IMG/VR virus record: IMGVR_UViG_3300029827_000001
Coordinates: 22,763 to 86,762 of that record
DNA length: 64,000 bases
From: a virus
Direction: 5' to 3' (one strand)
Part shown: positions 39,143 through 47,177 of the stretch, piece after piece
How the letters are laid out: each line of letters starts with the position of its first letter
Numbering within the stretch: the first letter of the stretch is position 1
Program-made: the position numbers and the translations under genes
The notes under the pieces: model-generated
What the model was told of the DNA's origin: nothing
What the model saw: the letters and a program-made list of their open reading frames with translations, nothing else
The model's database searches: none

Positions 39143-39700
39143 TTAGAAGGTTCTCCAACGATTGTTTTTCCACATGAGTTGACGGTCGGCCATGATGGTC
39201 GTATTCTTTTTCTTAGCTACATTTGCAGCCATCAGACCGATTGTATCATGAGTAGTGTTAGTAAAAGTGTGACCCAACTCATGAGCAGTAACTATGCCTG
39301 AACCCTGCATAGTCGACCTAATGAGAATATACCGACCAGCATTCTTTGCCATAAAGGGTTTCCCTGGAAGATTCAGGTAACCAATAGCAACGTCATAATC
39401 AATCTTCTTCTCAAGTTGCTTCGCTCTCTTTGTGAGTTGCATCATTATATGGGCACCTGTTTTCTTGTTCCAGTGATACTCTTTAACTGCTACAATCTCA
39501 AGCTCCATATAGACCTGACCCTTTATGATATTGGTGGCATTTGAAACTGCCTGGTAGATCCGGTCTTGCCTGAACACACCATCTGTCAAAACCAGGACTT
39601 TTAAAGTCCGAACTTCGAAACTCTCAGCAAGTACTGGACTTGCCAAACTGAGAACTAACACTATGATCAATAGTGATCTTAACATCATTCTTCGTTTCAT
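39143..39700 (-). CDS. secreted zinc metalloprotease-like protein (zincin)
   Basis: Signal peptide, AHELGHTF...H and GLMA Met-turn-like motif. Confidence 0.75.
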   Translation of the reverse strand: MKRRMMLRSLLIIVLVLSLASPVLAESFEVRTLKVLVLTDGVFRQDRIYQAVSNATNIIKGQVYMELEIVAVKEYHWNKKTGAHIMMQLTKRAKQLEKKIDYDVAIGYLNLPGKPFMAKNAGRYILIRSTMQGSGIVTAHELGHTFTNTTHDTIGLMAANVAKKKNTTIMADRQLMWKNNRWRTF

Positions 39701-39727
39701 GGTATTATCCTCCTTGAAACTATTAGT

Positions 39728-39988
39728 TTATTTCTCTTTTAGTAACTTCCTTACAAATGGGTAAACTTCATTTATCGTAGTATGGACTCCTGCAACTAGC
39801 GCTGCGACTGCTAGTCCTATTCCAAGTATCACGAATGTCCATGCCAGAAAGTGAGACGAGTGGACGAATGTCCATGAAGTTCTTGAAGCGGTAAACGATA
39901 AACCCCCAATACATAGAGCAACTACTAACTGACCAATTATTCTCTTTACTTGGTCAATATTTCTTTTTTCAAACTCACTAAGTTTCAT
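39728..39988 (-). CDS. small two-TM membrane protein
   Basis: Two hydrophobic helices; AAGGAGG RBS. Confidence 0.65.
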   Translation of the reverse strand: MKLSEFEKRNIDQVKRIIGQLVVALCIGGLSFTASRTSWTFVHSSHFLAWTFVILGIGLAVAALVAGVHTTINEVYPFVRKLLKEK

Positions 39989-40012
39989 TTTAACTACCTC
40001 CTTGTTTGAAAC

Positions 40013-40264
40013 TTACTCTGAAAGACTGGGATGTATTAGTAACTCCCGGCTCTTTTGAGTTATTATATCTCTGTACTTCTTAGAGACTAAGTTTTTGAGA
40101 TCTTCTGATGACTCAACTTTCTTAACCAATGCCGTTGAGAGATTTACCATACCTCTCTCTTTAAATCTAGATATTGCTTTTTCAATCTGACTTTGAGGAA
40201 GACCCTTTTCCTCAAGGTCTTGTCTCACTAACTCTTCAATGAGACACTGTAGGATCTTTTTCAT
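40013..40264 (-). CDS. hypothetical protein
   Basis: Likely start MKKILQC after AAGGAGG. Confidence 0.6.
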   Translation of the reverse strand: MKKILQCLIEELVRQDLEEKGLPQSQIEKAISRFKERGMVNLSTALVKKVESSEDLKNLVSKKYRDIITQKSRELLIHPSLSE

Positions 40265-40320
40265 GATATTACCTCCTTGTAAAGTAGATACCAAGAAACC
40301 AAACATTCCGCCCTATCATT

Positions 40321-40335
40321 AAGTAATATATATAG
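40321..40335 (-). promoter_or_regulatory. class A motif variant CTATATATATTACTT
   Basis: One mismatch; divergent junction. Confidence 0.65.
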
Positions 40336-40351
40336 TAGCAAATCTTTATAT

Positions 40352-40738
40352 ATGGTGGTGAAAATGGATCCAACTAAACCTGGAAAAATTATTGGAATTA
40401 TTGGTACTAGAAGAAGAGATAGATTTAATGACTATAAAGTAGTTGAGGAAGCATTCTTTAAAGCTTATGAAGAAGGTGATTGGATTTGCTCTGGTGGTTG
40501 TCCTCAGGGCGGAGATAGATTTGCTGAAAAGATTGCAAAGAAGTATGGAATACCAATTCTTATATTTTATCCGGATTGGAAAAAGTTTGGTAGAGGAGCG
40601 GGTATTGTAAGAAATACTTATATAGCATTAATGTCTGATATTTTGATTGCTTGCGTTGCAGAAGATAGAACTGGTGGATCTGAAGATACCATTGAAAAGT
40701 TTGAGAAATATAAGAAAATGGAGGCGGTGTTAGTATGA
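40352..40738 (+). CDS. SLOG / DprA-like Rossmann protein (DUF2493/YspA-like)
   Basis: IGIIGTR, ICSGGCPQGGDRFAE, DWKKFGRGAGIVRN, TGGS. Confidence 0.8.
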   Translation: MVVKMDPTKPGKIIGIIGTRRRDRFNDYKVVEEAFFKAYEEGDWICSGGCPQGGDRFAEKIAKKYGIPILIFYPDWKKFGRGAGIVRNTYIALMSDILIACVAEDRTGGSEDTIEKFEKYKKMEAVLV

Positions 40739-41562
40739 AACTAAGAGTATATCTAGGTGGTTATTCTCGTGAATCCAAATACCGAGAACTAGTAAAAAAA
40801 GATTATGGGGATAAGATTAACTTTATTGATCCTATTATGGTACATAAAGTAGGAGGGACTGACCCTTCGGAGATTCCTCCAGCAGATAAACTTATGATTC
40901 TTTCTTGTCATGTTCTCGTTGTATATATTAGAAGAGCTTCTTTTGGAACACCTATGGAGATAATGTTTGCTCATACACACGGGATACCCGTTATATTAAT
41001 TGATCCAACAGATGATCAAATTGCTTCAAGAGATATCTGGGTTTCTTATCATATAGATTTTACATTTGCTTCAATCTCATCTTGCTTCAATTATCTTTTA
41101 AGTCATCAATTAGACTATATAGAACAAAAAAATAAAAAGGAGTCGGTTATGGCAGAACCAAAAGTAAGTACAGTAATTCTAGGAAAACACTATTCTCCGT
41201 TTATTATTAGAAAAACAAATAAGTTTGGTTTTCCTCTCTACGTTGGACTCATTTGTGATTATGATATGAGTGATCTAGATGCTGTAATAGAGAAACTTTG
41301 TACAGAAGTAATTGCAGATGATTTTGACGGGGACCAAGATCAGATTTCTGAGAATCCACAAAATTTAAGAAATTTTTCAGGAGAGTTAACTGACCGATTT
41401 GTTAAGTATTACAACGGAAAGCATGCAAATTGTGTTGAGGGGGTTGCAATAATTTTCTACGCAGATAAGATGTTTATATCGAGTTTATTTGGTGACTTTA
41501 TGAATCATGCGATGTGTAGACAAGAACTTTACTTTGCTTTAAATTTTATGACTGGTGTATAA
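40735..41562 (+). CDS. nucleoside 2-deoxyribosyltransferase-like domain, in frame with a second unknown domain
   Basis: VYLGG, FIDP, DKLMI, SFGTPMEIMFAHTHGIPV; internal RBS and ATG at 41149. Confidence 0.7.
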   Translation: MKLRVYLGGYSRESKYRELVKKDYGDKINFIDPIMVHKVGGTDPSEIPPADKLMILSCHVLVVYIRRASFGTPMEIMFAHTHGIPVILIDPTDDQIASRDIWVSYHIDFTFASISSCFNYLLSHQLDYIEQKNKKESVMAEPKVSTVILGKHYSPFIIRKTNKFGFPLYVGLICDYDMSDLDAVIEKLCTEVIADDFDGDQDQISENPQNLRNFSGELTDRFVKYYNGKHANCVEGVAIIFYADKMFISSLFGDFMNHAMCRQELYFALNFMTGV

Positions 41563-41831
41563 TGAATGGAAACTGGGAATTTAAGGACGAAAAAATAGTT
41601 CCATGCTATTACGATAGTCTTCTTGAAGCTAAAGAGATGAACACACTTCCTGATTTAAATTATGGAAATATCTATGTTTATACTCACCCTAACTGGGATC
41701 AGTATGTTATAGAGGTTAGATTTCCATGTTTTTCTAAGTATATATTTACTTACTCTTTTTCAAATTATATAGAACTTATGAATAAATTAACTCCACAATT
41801 TTTCCTAGAACCTATCATAAAGGAGAAGTAA
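41562..41831 (+). CDS. hypothetical protein
   Basis: TAATG overlap with the upstream gene. Confidence 0.55.
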   Translation: MNGNWEFKDEKIVPCYYDSLLEAKEMNTLPDLNYGNIYVYTHPNWDQYVIEVRFPCFSKYIFTYSFSNYIELMNKLTPQFFLEPIIKEK

Positions 41832-41834
41832 AAT

Positions 41835-42194
41835 ATGGAAATTGAAGTAAACACTATTGAGGGTGTAGATATTAGGCCCACCAAATACTCTGTACCTGAT
41901 GGTTTAACTACTGGAGAAGTACTTGAGAATCTTGGATTTACTGAGAGTGTACACCAGTTTATTGAACCAACATTTCCATTTGAAATACTAATAAGTAGGC
42001 GAGAAGAAAGAAATGAGTTTTTACTCTCAGTAGAAGGTTTTGGTGCCTGTGAGTATTTTAAAGCATACTCAATTAGAGAGTTGATGACTTTATTTGAGAA
42101 AGCTTTAACTCCTTTCCTTCTTCCATTTTACTTTGAGCATTTCTTTAAAGCTCTTAGGGCCTTACAACAACAAGGTGATAGACCAGGGAGATAA
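41835..42194 (+). CDS. hypothetical protein
   Basis: AAGGAG RBS. Confidence 0.6.
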   Translation: MEIEVNTIEGVDIRPTKYSVPDGLTTGEVLENLGFTESVHQFIEPTFPFEILISRREERNEFLLSVEGFGACEYFKAYSIRELMTLFEKALTPFLLPFYFEHFFKALRALQQQGDRPGR

Positions 42195-42196
42195 TA

Positions 42197-42484
42197 ATGG
42201 CAAGAGAACATATTAGAGATTTAGTTAGAGATCCTGAGTGGCAAAGAGTAAGAGAAAGTTTACTAGGTCAGTGGAAAGAGAAACCTGAGTGGTGTTGCAG
42301 CCAATTGAAAAAATACTTAGGTTCAGTATCGGGTGCTCATAATAAGAAGATAAGAATAGTTATGAACTACCTCACAGGAACTGGTTTTAGGACGGGAAGA
42401 ATTACTCATCCATGTATTACTAAACTCAGGACTCAATTATCAACTGAGATAAAGGTAAGAAAAGCAAAGAAAACCTGGCAATAA
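42197..42484 (+). CDS. basic hypothetical protein
   Basis: 95 aa, GGGAG RBS. Confidence 0.6.
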   Translation: MAREHIRDLVRDPEWQRVRESLLGQWKEKPEWCCSQLKKYLGSVSGAHNKKIRIVMNYLTGTGFRTGRITHPCITKLRTQLSTEIKVRKAKKTWQ

Positions 42485-42501
42485 GACAAAAAAATGAAAG
42501 A

Positions 42502-42521
42502 AAAAGGGAAGGGTCCCTTTT
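42502..42521 (-). terminator. terminator-like hairpin at left end of leftward cassette
   Basis: aaaaggga-aggg-tccctttt; T7 tract downstream on the - strand. Confidence 0.5.
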
Positions 42522-42540
42522 CCTCCTGATGAAGTCAGGA

Positions 42541-42750
42541 CTAAATATCTACGTATGCTACATGACCTCGAAAGTCAGCAAACGCTCTTTCGAAGAGGAA
42601 ATCATGACACTTGTTGCAAATACAACAATGCCGCTTGACGAGTTCAGAAGTTTCCTCATCAAGTTCTCCCCGTAGGTAGCACTCGACATTCTCACGAACA
42701 ACCATACAACCTGGTTGTTGATTTAATTCTCCATCAAGTTTGAAATTCAT
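42541..42750 (-). CDS. zf-HC2 (anti-sigma-type zinc finger) small protein
   Basis: C..VRENVECYLRGELDEE....VKRHCCICNKC matches YL.GEL...HxxxCxxC; likely start MNFKL after AGGAGG. Confidence 0.65.
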   Translation of the reverse strand: MNFKLDGELNQQPGCMVVRENVECYLRGELDEETSELVKRHCCICNKCHDFLFERAFADFRGHVAYVDI

Positions 42751-42761
42751 ATTTCTTCCTC

Positions 42762-42962
42762 CTACCATCTTCCAAATTGGCCCTTGGTAGACTGGATTTT
42801 ATCCCAGTATCCACCAAATGACAATGATTGCCGAAACTGCTCTTCCTTCCTCTTTCTTTTTCTCTTTGATGAGCGAACGGGTGTACCTTTCCATAACCAA
42901 ATGAAGAAGCAGAGATGAGCAAGAGCAATGACTGCTATTAAGAATTGCCCAAGTGTAAGCAT
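42762..42962 (-). CDS. small membrane protein
   Basis: N-terminal TM, basic tail, AAGGAGG RBS. Confidence 0.6.
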   Translation of the reverse strand: MLTLGQFLIAVIALAHLCFFIWLWKGTPVRSSKRKRKRKEEQFRQSLSFGGYWDKIQSTKGQFGRW

Positions 42963-42976
42963 GTCTATGCCTCCTT

Positions 42977-43234
42977 TCAGTCCTTATAAAAGGATCTGAT
43001 TCTTTCTTTTCTAAGATGTTCTTCTAATTCTTTCTTTCTCTCATCTTCTCTTTCCCGTTTTTCAGCTTTTACGAAACGGATCCAGAGCTTCGCTATTATA
43101 ATCCATGTAACTGTTGTCAGCAGAAATGATGGCACCCTAGTAAAGATGCTAGTACTCGTTTCCATAGCAGCGATTCCTAGTACCTCTATAACCGCATATA
43201 TGAAACACCACTTCATGAGAGTTGTTGATTGCAT
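42977..43234 (-). CDS. small two-TM membrane protein
   Basis: Likely start MQSTT after AGGAGG. Confidence 0.6.
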   Translation of the reverse strand: MQSTTLMKWCFIYAVIEVLGIAAMETSTSIFTRVPSFLLTTVTWIIIAKLWIRFVKAEKREREDERKKELEEHLRKERIRSFYKD

Positions 43235-43253
43235 AGCCCTATTACCTCCTTGT

Positions 43254-43661
43254 TTAATAGTTGGAATTATCTTCAACTACTACATTGTAGAGTTTAGCAA
43301 GAGCAAGGACCATTTCCTTAAAAGCTACTATTTGTCTATGATCCCAATACTTATGGTTTACGATGACCCTGAAATCTTCCTCATCTTTCATCTCAGTGAA
43401 GATCCAGCAGTCATTCTGCTCGTCATATTCATACTCATTAAGATCCATAAGTATGAAGTGAGGAGCCAGGAAGCTACTTAGTGCTCTTACAGTTGTCGTA
43501 CATATATAGCGTTGATACTCATAATTCTTGAAACGTTTGAATACAAACGTTGCAATTCGACCTCGACGATCCCAGCTTTCATTGATCTTATGAAATATTA
43601 CTTTTTCCAGATCAGCTAGGGATGTTGATGTAGCAATTTTAATTCCTTGTGGAAGGCCCAT
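43254..43661 (-). CDS. hypothetical protein
   Basis: AAGGAGG RBS. Confidence 0.65.
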   Translation of the reverse strand: MGLPQGIKIATSTSLADLEKVIFHKINESWDRRGRIATFVFKRFKNYEYQRYICTTTVRALSSFLAPHFILMDLNEYEYDEQNDCWIFTEMKDEEDFRVIVNHKYWDHRQIVAFKEMVLALAKLYNVVVEDNSNY

Positions 43662-43664
43662 AAT

Positions 43665-43874
43665 CTACCTCCTTGGGTCCAAACTACTACCTACTGCAAT
43701 CATGGTTGAGCAAACATTACACTCAACCCCCTCTTTATGATAAGTAAATCCCCAGTAGAGACATTTCAATCTCTGAGCATCAACTATTGAGTGACAACAT
43801 GGACATTCAACATTATTGATGCTTGATTTAAAAGTTTGAGTAGTTCCGAAAGTATCATGATCACTCATAACCAA
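43665..43874 (-). CDS. small Zn-ribbon protein
   Basis: CPCC...CNVC; AAGGAGG RBS. Confidence 0.6.
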   Translation of the reverse strand: MVMSDHDTFGTTQTFKSSINNVECPCCHSIVDAQRLKCLYWGFTYHKEGVECNVCSTMIAVGSSLDPRR

Positions 43875-43914
43875 CTAAGCCTCCTTGTTCAAGAATATAA
43901 ACAGTTCATCCTAC

Positions 43915-43929
43915 AATTAATATATATAG
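43915..43929 (-). promoter_or_regulatory. class A motif CTATATATATTAATT
   Basis: Exact copy at divergent junction. Confidence 0.7.
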
Positions 43930-43981
43930 ACACTTTTTTTATATAAGGTAACAAAATAAAAAAGGAAAGGAGTCTTAAAAA

Positions 43982-44452
43982 ATGGCTGGAGATGAGATTA
44001 TCATTGCTCCTCATTATGACGACGAGATAATTGGATGTTTTGAAATTCTAGAAAGAAGACCTATAGTGGTTTATACTGATCCTCATGATCCGAGAAGAGC
44101 AGAATCTGAAAAACTATTTAAAGAACATAGATTAGTTAAAGCACAATATTTCTCATTTAACCTCCCACCAAATCTGTTAGATCCAAATAATACTTACTAT
44201 TTTCCAGATCCAATTTATGAATTCCACCCATCTCATAGGAAGTGGGGAGCAGTTGGAGAAAGTATGCTTCGGAGTGGTTTTGATATTATCTTTTATTCTA
44301 TCCAGATGAATGCTCCTTATATTCATGAAGTTGAAAATTCTATAGAGAAGTGGAAATTACTAGATTTAGTTTATCCAAGTCAAAAGAGTTTATGGGATCA
44401 TGATAAGAAATACTATCTTTTTGAAGGAAGATGCAAATGGCTAATGAAATAA
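43982..44452 (+). CDS. PIG-L/LmbE-family deacetylase-like protein
   Basis: IIIAPHYDDEIIG, RRAE, HPSH. Confidence 0.75.
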   Translation: MAGDEIIIAPHYDDEIIGCFEILERRPIVVYTDPHDPRRAESEKLFKEHRLVKAQYFSFNLPPNLLDPNNTYYFPDPIYEFHPSHRKWGAVGESMLRSGFDIIFYSIQMNAPYIHEVENSIEKWKLLDLVYPSQKSLWDHDKKYYLFEGRCKWLMK

Positions 44453-44907
44453 AGAGACCTGATTGGAATGCTTATTTTATGAAAATGGCCCACCTAGCAA
44501 AGAGTCGTTCAACTTGACTAAGGAGAAAAGTTGGAGCGGTTCTAGTTAAGGACCGTCAAGTAATAGCAACTGGTTATAATGGAGCACCAACTGGGCAGAA
44601 ACATTGTTTAGATATAGGATGTCTAAGAGAAGAACTAAATATTCCATCAGGCGAAAAACATGAGTTGTGCAGAGCAGTACATGCTGAGCAGAACCTCATA
44701 GCTCAAGCTGCTAAACGAGGTATATCGAGCGAAGGGGCGACTGTCTATTGTACAACTTTTCCATGTTTTATATGCGCTAAACTTCTAATAAACTCAGGTA
44801 TATCTGAGATATACTATGAAGAATACTATAATGCCCCCGAGACAAAAGAGATGCTTGAAGAAGCAAAAGTCAAACTGATTCACTGGAAAGGAGAAAGTTG
44901 TGAGTAG
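44437..44907 (+). CDS. dCMP deaminase with in-frame TGA at codon 27 (candidate selenocysteine)
   Basis: [50 protein letters not shown]...CRAVHAEQN...[14 protein letters not shown]; ORF track shows only the last 80 aa. Confidence 0.9.
44531..44559 (+). promoter_or_regulatory. candidate bacterial SECIS hairpin
   Basis: UUG-(GA bulge)-GCGGUUCU-[AGUUA loop]-AGGACCGU-CAA starting 13 nt after the UGA; paired by eye. Confidence 0.5.
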
Positions 44908-45844
44908 GTTATTTTTTGTTCCACAGCTGCCAGTGAAGATGAGATACCAAGAGTGGTGGTTTTCTCAAATACCAGAAGGACTATCAAAGTATTTTGACGA
45001 AATAATCATAATAGGTAAAGATTGTGTATCGGAACAGAAGTCAAGTCAAGAAGATTTTTCAAATATTGAAAAAGCAATTACTTTTGAGAGTGATCAAGTA
45101 AAAGAGTTTCTAAACTATGATATAAAAGACGATGATTTTCTTCTTCATGCTGATATAAGTTTTCCCGGAATCTTTCATAGTGTTCTTCACCATAGAAGAA
45201 TCAAGAATGCTTTTGCTTTCTGTCATGCAACTTCATTAAATGATTATGACTATTTTGTTCCTGTAAGGGCTAGCAAATGGGCTATTGAGTGTGGTCACAG
45301 TCTTCTGTATAAGAAAGTATTTGTTGCTAGTGATTATCATAAAAGAAAAATTCACTGGAATCATGCGGTAAATTTGGGAGCATTACCAAACCCTCCATTT
45401 AAGGGTCAAAAGTCTGAGAAGGAGTATCATATAATATCAGTTGCTCGAGATTCTGTTCAGAAAAGAACTAAAAGGTTAGAGAATGCAGCAATTGAAAAAT
45501 ATGGAGAAATTGTTGATGCCCCTCCATTTCAAGATTGGAGTGATTATTATGAGTTTATAAGTAAGGCAGAGTGCATGCTAATTACTTCAAAAGAAGAATG
45601 TTATGGATACCAGGTCATTGATGCAGTAATAAATAATTGTATACCAATTGCTCCTAGAAACTTCTCATATCCAGAATTGTTGCCCGATGAGTATCTATAT
45701 AGGGGACAATATGAGATGCTTGAACTATTAAGGTGGACTGATGGGAAAGGAGTAAGAGGACTAAAAACTCCAAAGTTACTCAATCAAGAAAAGATTGATA
45801 ACTTTTATGAGAACTTAGCAATGGAGATGAAAAATGCCGTTTAA
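44900..45844 (+). CDS. GT-B glycosyltransferase (GT4-like)
   Basis: ISVAR...[34 protein letters not shown]. Confidence 0.75.
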   Translation: MSRLFFVPQLPVKMRYQEWWFSQIPEGLSKYFDEIIIIGKDCVSEQKSSQEDFSNIEKAITFESDQVKEFLNYDIKDDDFLLHADISFPGIFHSVLHHRRIKNAFAFCHATSLNDYDYFVPVRASKWAIECGHSLLYKKVFVASDYHKRKIHWNHAVNLGALPNPPFKGQKSEKEYHIISVARDSVQKRTKRLENAAIEKYGEIVDAPPFQDWSDYYEFISKAECMLITSKEECYGYQVIDAVINNCIPIAPRNFSYPELLPDEYLYRGQYEMLELLRWTDGKGVRGLKTPKLLNQEKIDNFYENLAMEMKNAV

Positions 45845-46346
45845 GACATTTAATAAATGGTTATTTGATGGAAATCTTAAAACCCAAGTTAATTCCGATT
45901 TACTAAAGTATAATTCTCCAATTACTCATACCTATGTTATAAGCATGTTTCAACGTAGTGGTAAGTTGAATCATTTCTTAGATGCATATCTAAACAATAT
46001 TAACTTGTATTATCTTGATAAGGAGGAGTTGTTTAACTTCATCAAGAAGTGTGTAATGGATTTTAGAATCAATAGGAGAGATATAACATTTTCTCCAAGG
46101 ACTTATAACAATGATCTATTCAATTCTCTTCGAGATAAAATTGCTATTCTAAAAGATGATGACCTTGACTTATTGAGTCAAATAATTAATGAGTCAGATG
46201 ATAAAGTAGCAATATTTTCTTCTTTAAATCTTAATAAAAAACAACAGATCAGAAAACCAACTAAGACTTGCCAATTAAACCAAAAAAATAAGATTAGCCT
46301 TGAAGATTTTTTAGAAAACTTTACCACCATAGAGATAGGGAAGTAA
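45834..46346 (+). CDS. hypothetical protein (possible clamp-loader gp62-like subunit)
   Basis: 170 aa near the polymerase; weak resemblance only. Confidence 0.35.
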   Translation: MPFKTFNKWLFDGNLKTQVNSDLLKYNSPITHTYVISMFQRSGKLNHFLDAYLNNINLYYLDKEELFNFIKKCVMDFRINRRDITFSPRTYNNDLFNSLRDKIAILKDDDLDLLSQIINESDDKVAIFSSLNLNKKQQIRKPTKTCQLNQKNKISLEDFLENFTTIEIGK

Positions 46347-46359
46347 CCTATCTCTATGG
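46327..46359. terminator. 13-bp hairpin between convergent genes
   Basis: ccatagagatagg-gaagtaa-cctatctctatgg. Confidence 0.65.
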
Positions 46360-46370
46360 CGGGACAGAGA

Positions 46371-46994
46371 CTACGTTTCCGTCAGTTTTTTGGCAATGTC
46401 TTTTGATAAGACTGGAGTTGAAACTGATAGCGGTTTTCGTCCTATTCCTTTGCATTTCTTACACATAACAATTTCTTTTATTTTTCCAGTATTTACTGGT
46501 TTTGATTTACTGCCGCTTCCTCCACAATTTTTACACTTTATTGGTTGACGTCTTTTTGAAGTTCTCCTGTATTCATATATACCTTTTCCTTTACAAGTTT
46601 GACAAGTCTTCTGACCAACATTTCCTTTGCCTTTACACCGCTTACATATACTTCTCGCGATGCCAGTACCGTCACAAACTTTGCATGGAAGAACTAAGAC
46701 ATCATAAAAAAATTCTGGTTTAAAACCTTTGCCCCTGCAATTTGGACAGGCATTAGGTATTGGAAGCTTGATGTAATATCGAGACCTTTCAGATAACTGG
46801 TCTTCGATTATTGCAGCTAGCAAAGTATTCTTTGCTGCTATTACCTTCTCTGTCCCGCTCTTATCTCCCCCTAACTCGGCAAGTAAATCAATAAAAGAAT
46901 TGACTATAGTTTTCTCACTAACATCATCTTGGTTTAGATCCAAAATTCTGATTGAGTCATCAATCATATCCTGATCTATACATGATTTAGTCAT
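46371..46994 (-). CDS. DnaJ-like Zn-finger protein with degenerate J-like N-terminus
   Basis: Six CxxCxGxG repeats; helical N-terminus without HPD. Confidence 0.7.
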   Translation of the reverse strand: MTKSCIDQDMIDDSIRILDLNQDDVSEKTIVNSFIDLLAELGGDKSGTEKVIAAKNTLLAAIIEDQLSERSRYYIKLPIPNACPNCRGKGFKPEFFYDVLVLPCKVCDGTGIARSICKRCKGKGNVGQKTCQTCKGKGIYEYRRTSKRRQPIKCKNCGGSGSKSKPVNTGKIKEIVMCKKCKGIGRKPLSVSTPVLSKDIAKKLTET

Positions 46995-47084
46995 AGGCCC
47001 TCCCCCCTTTCAAATCATAATTAGTTTCCTCCTTTTAGAACAATTCTTTGAAAATAAAAAAAACCAATCCATTCATTCTTCAAA

Positions 47085-47099
47085 TATTTATATATATAG
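47085..47099 (-). promoter_or_regulatory. class A motif variant CTATATATATAAATA
   Basis: Variant copy at divergent junction. Confidence 0.55.
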
Positions 47100-47177
47100 A
47101 AAAAATCTTAATCTGTAATGAGTATCCATTTTTTATATCTAGAACAAAAATAAAATTAATATTAATGGAGTACGTTT

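Noticed and set aside
44515-44517. Genome-wide stop-codon reassignment
   Set aside because: TGA, TAG and TAA all terminate well-defined genes in this window, and long conserved genes are unbroken in code 11; I found only this one site.
44665-44907. 80-aa ORF as a stand-alone gene
   Set aside because: It is the C-terminal half of the dCMP deaminase starting at 44437 in the same frame.
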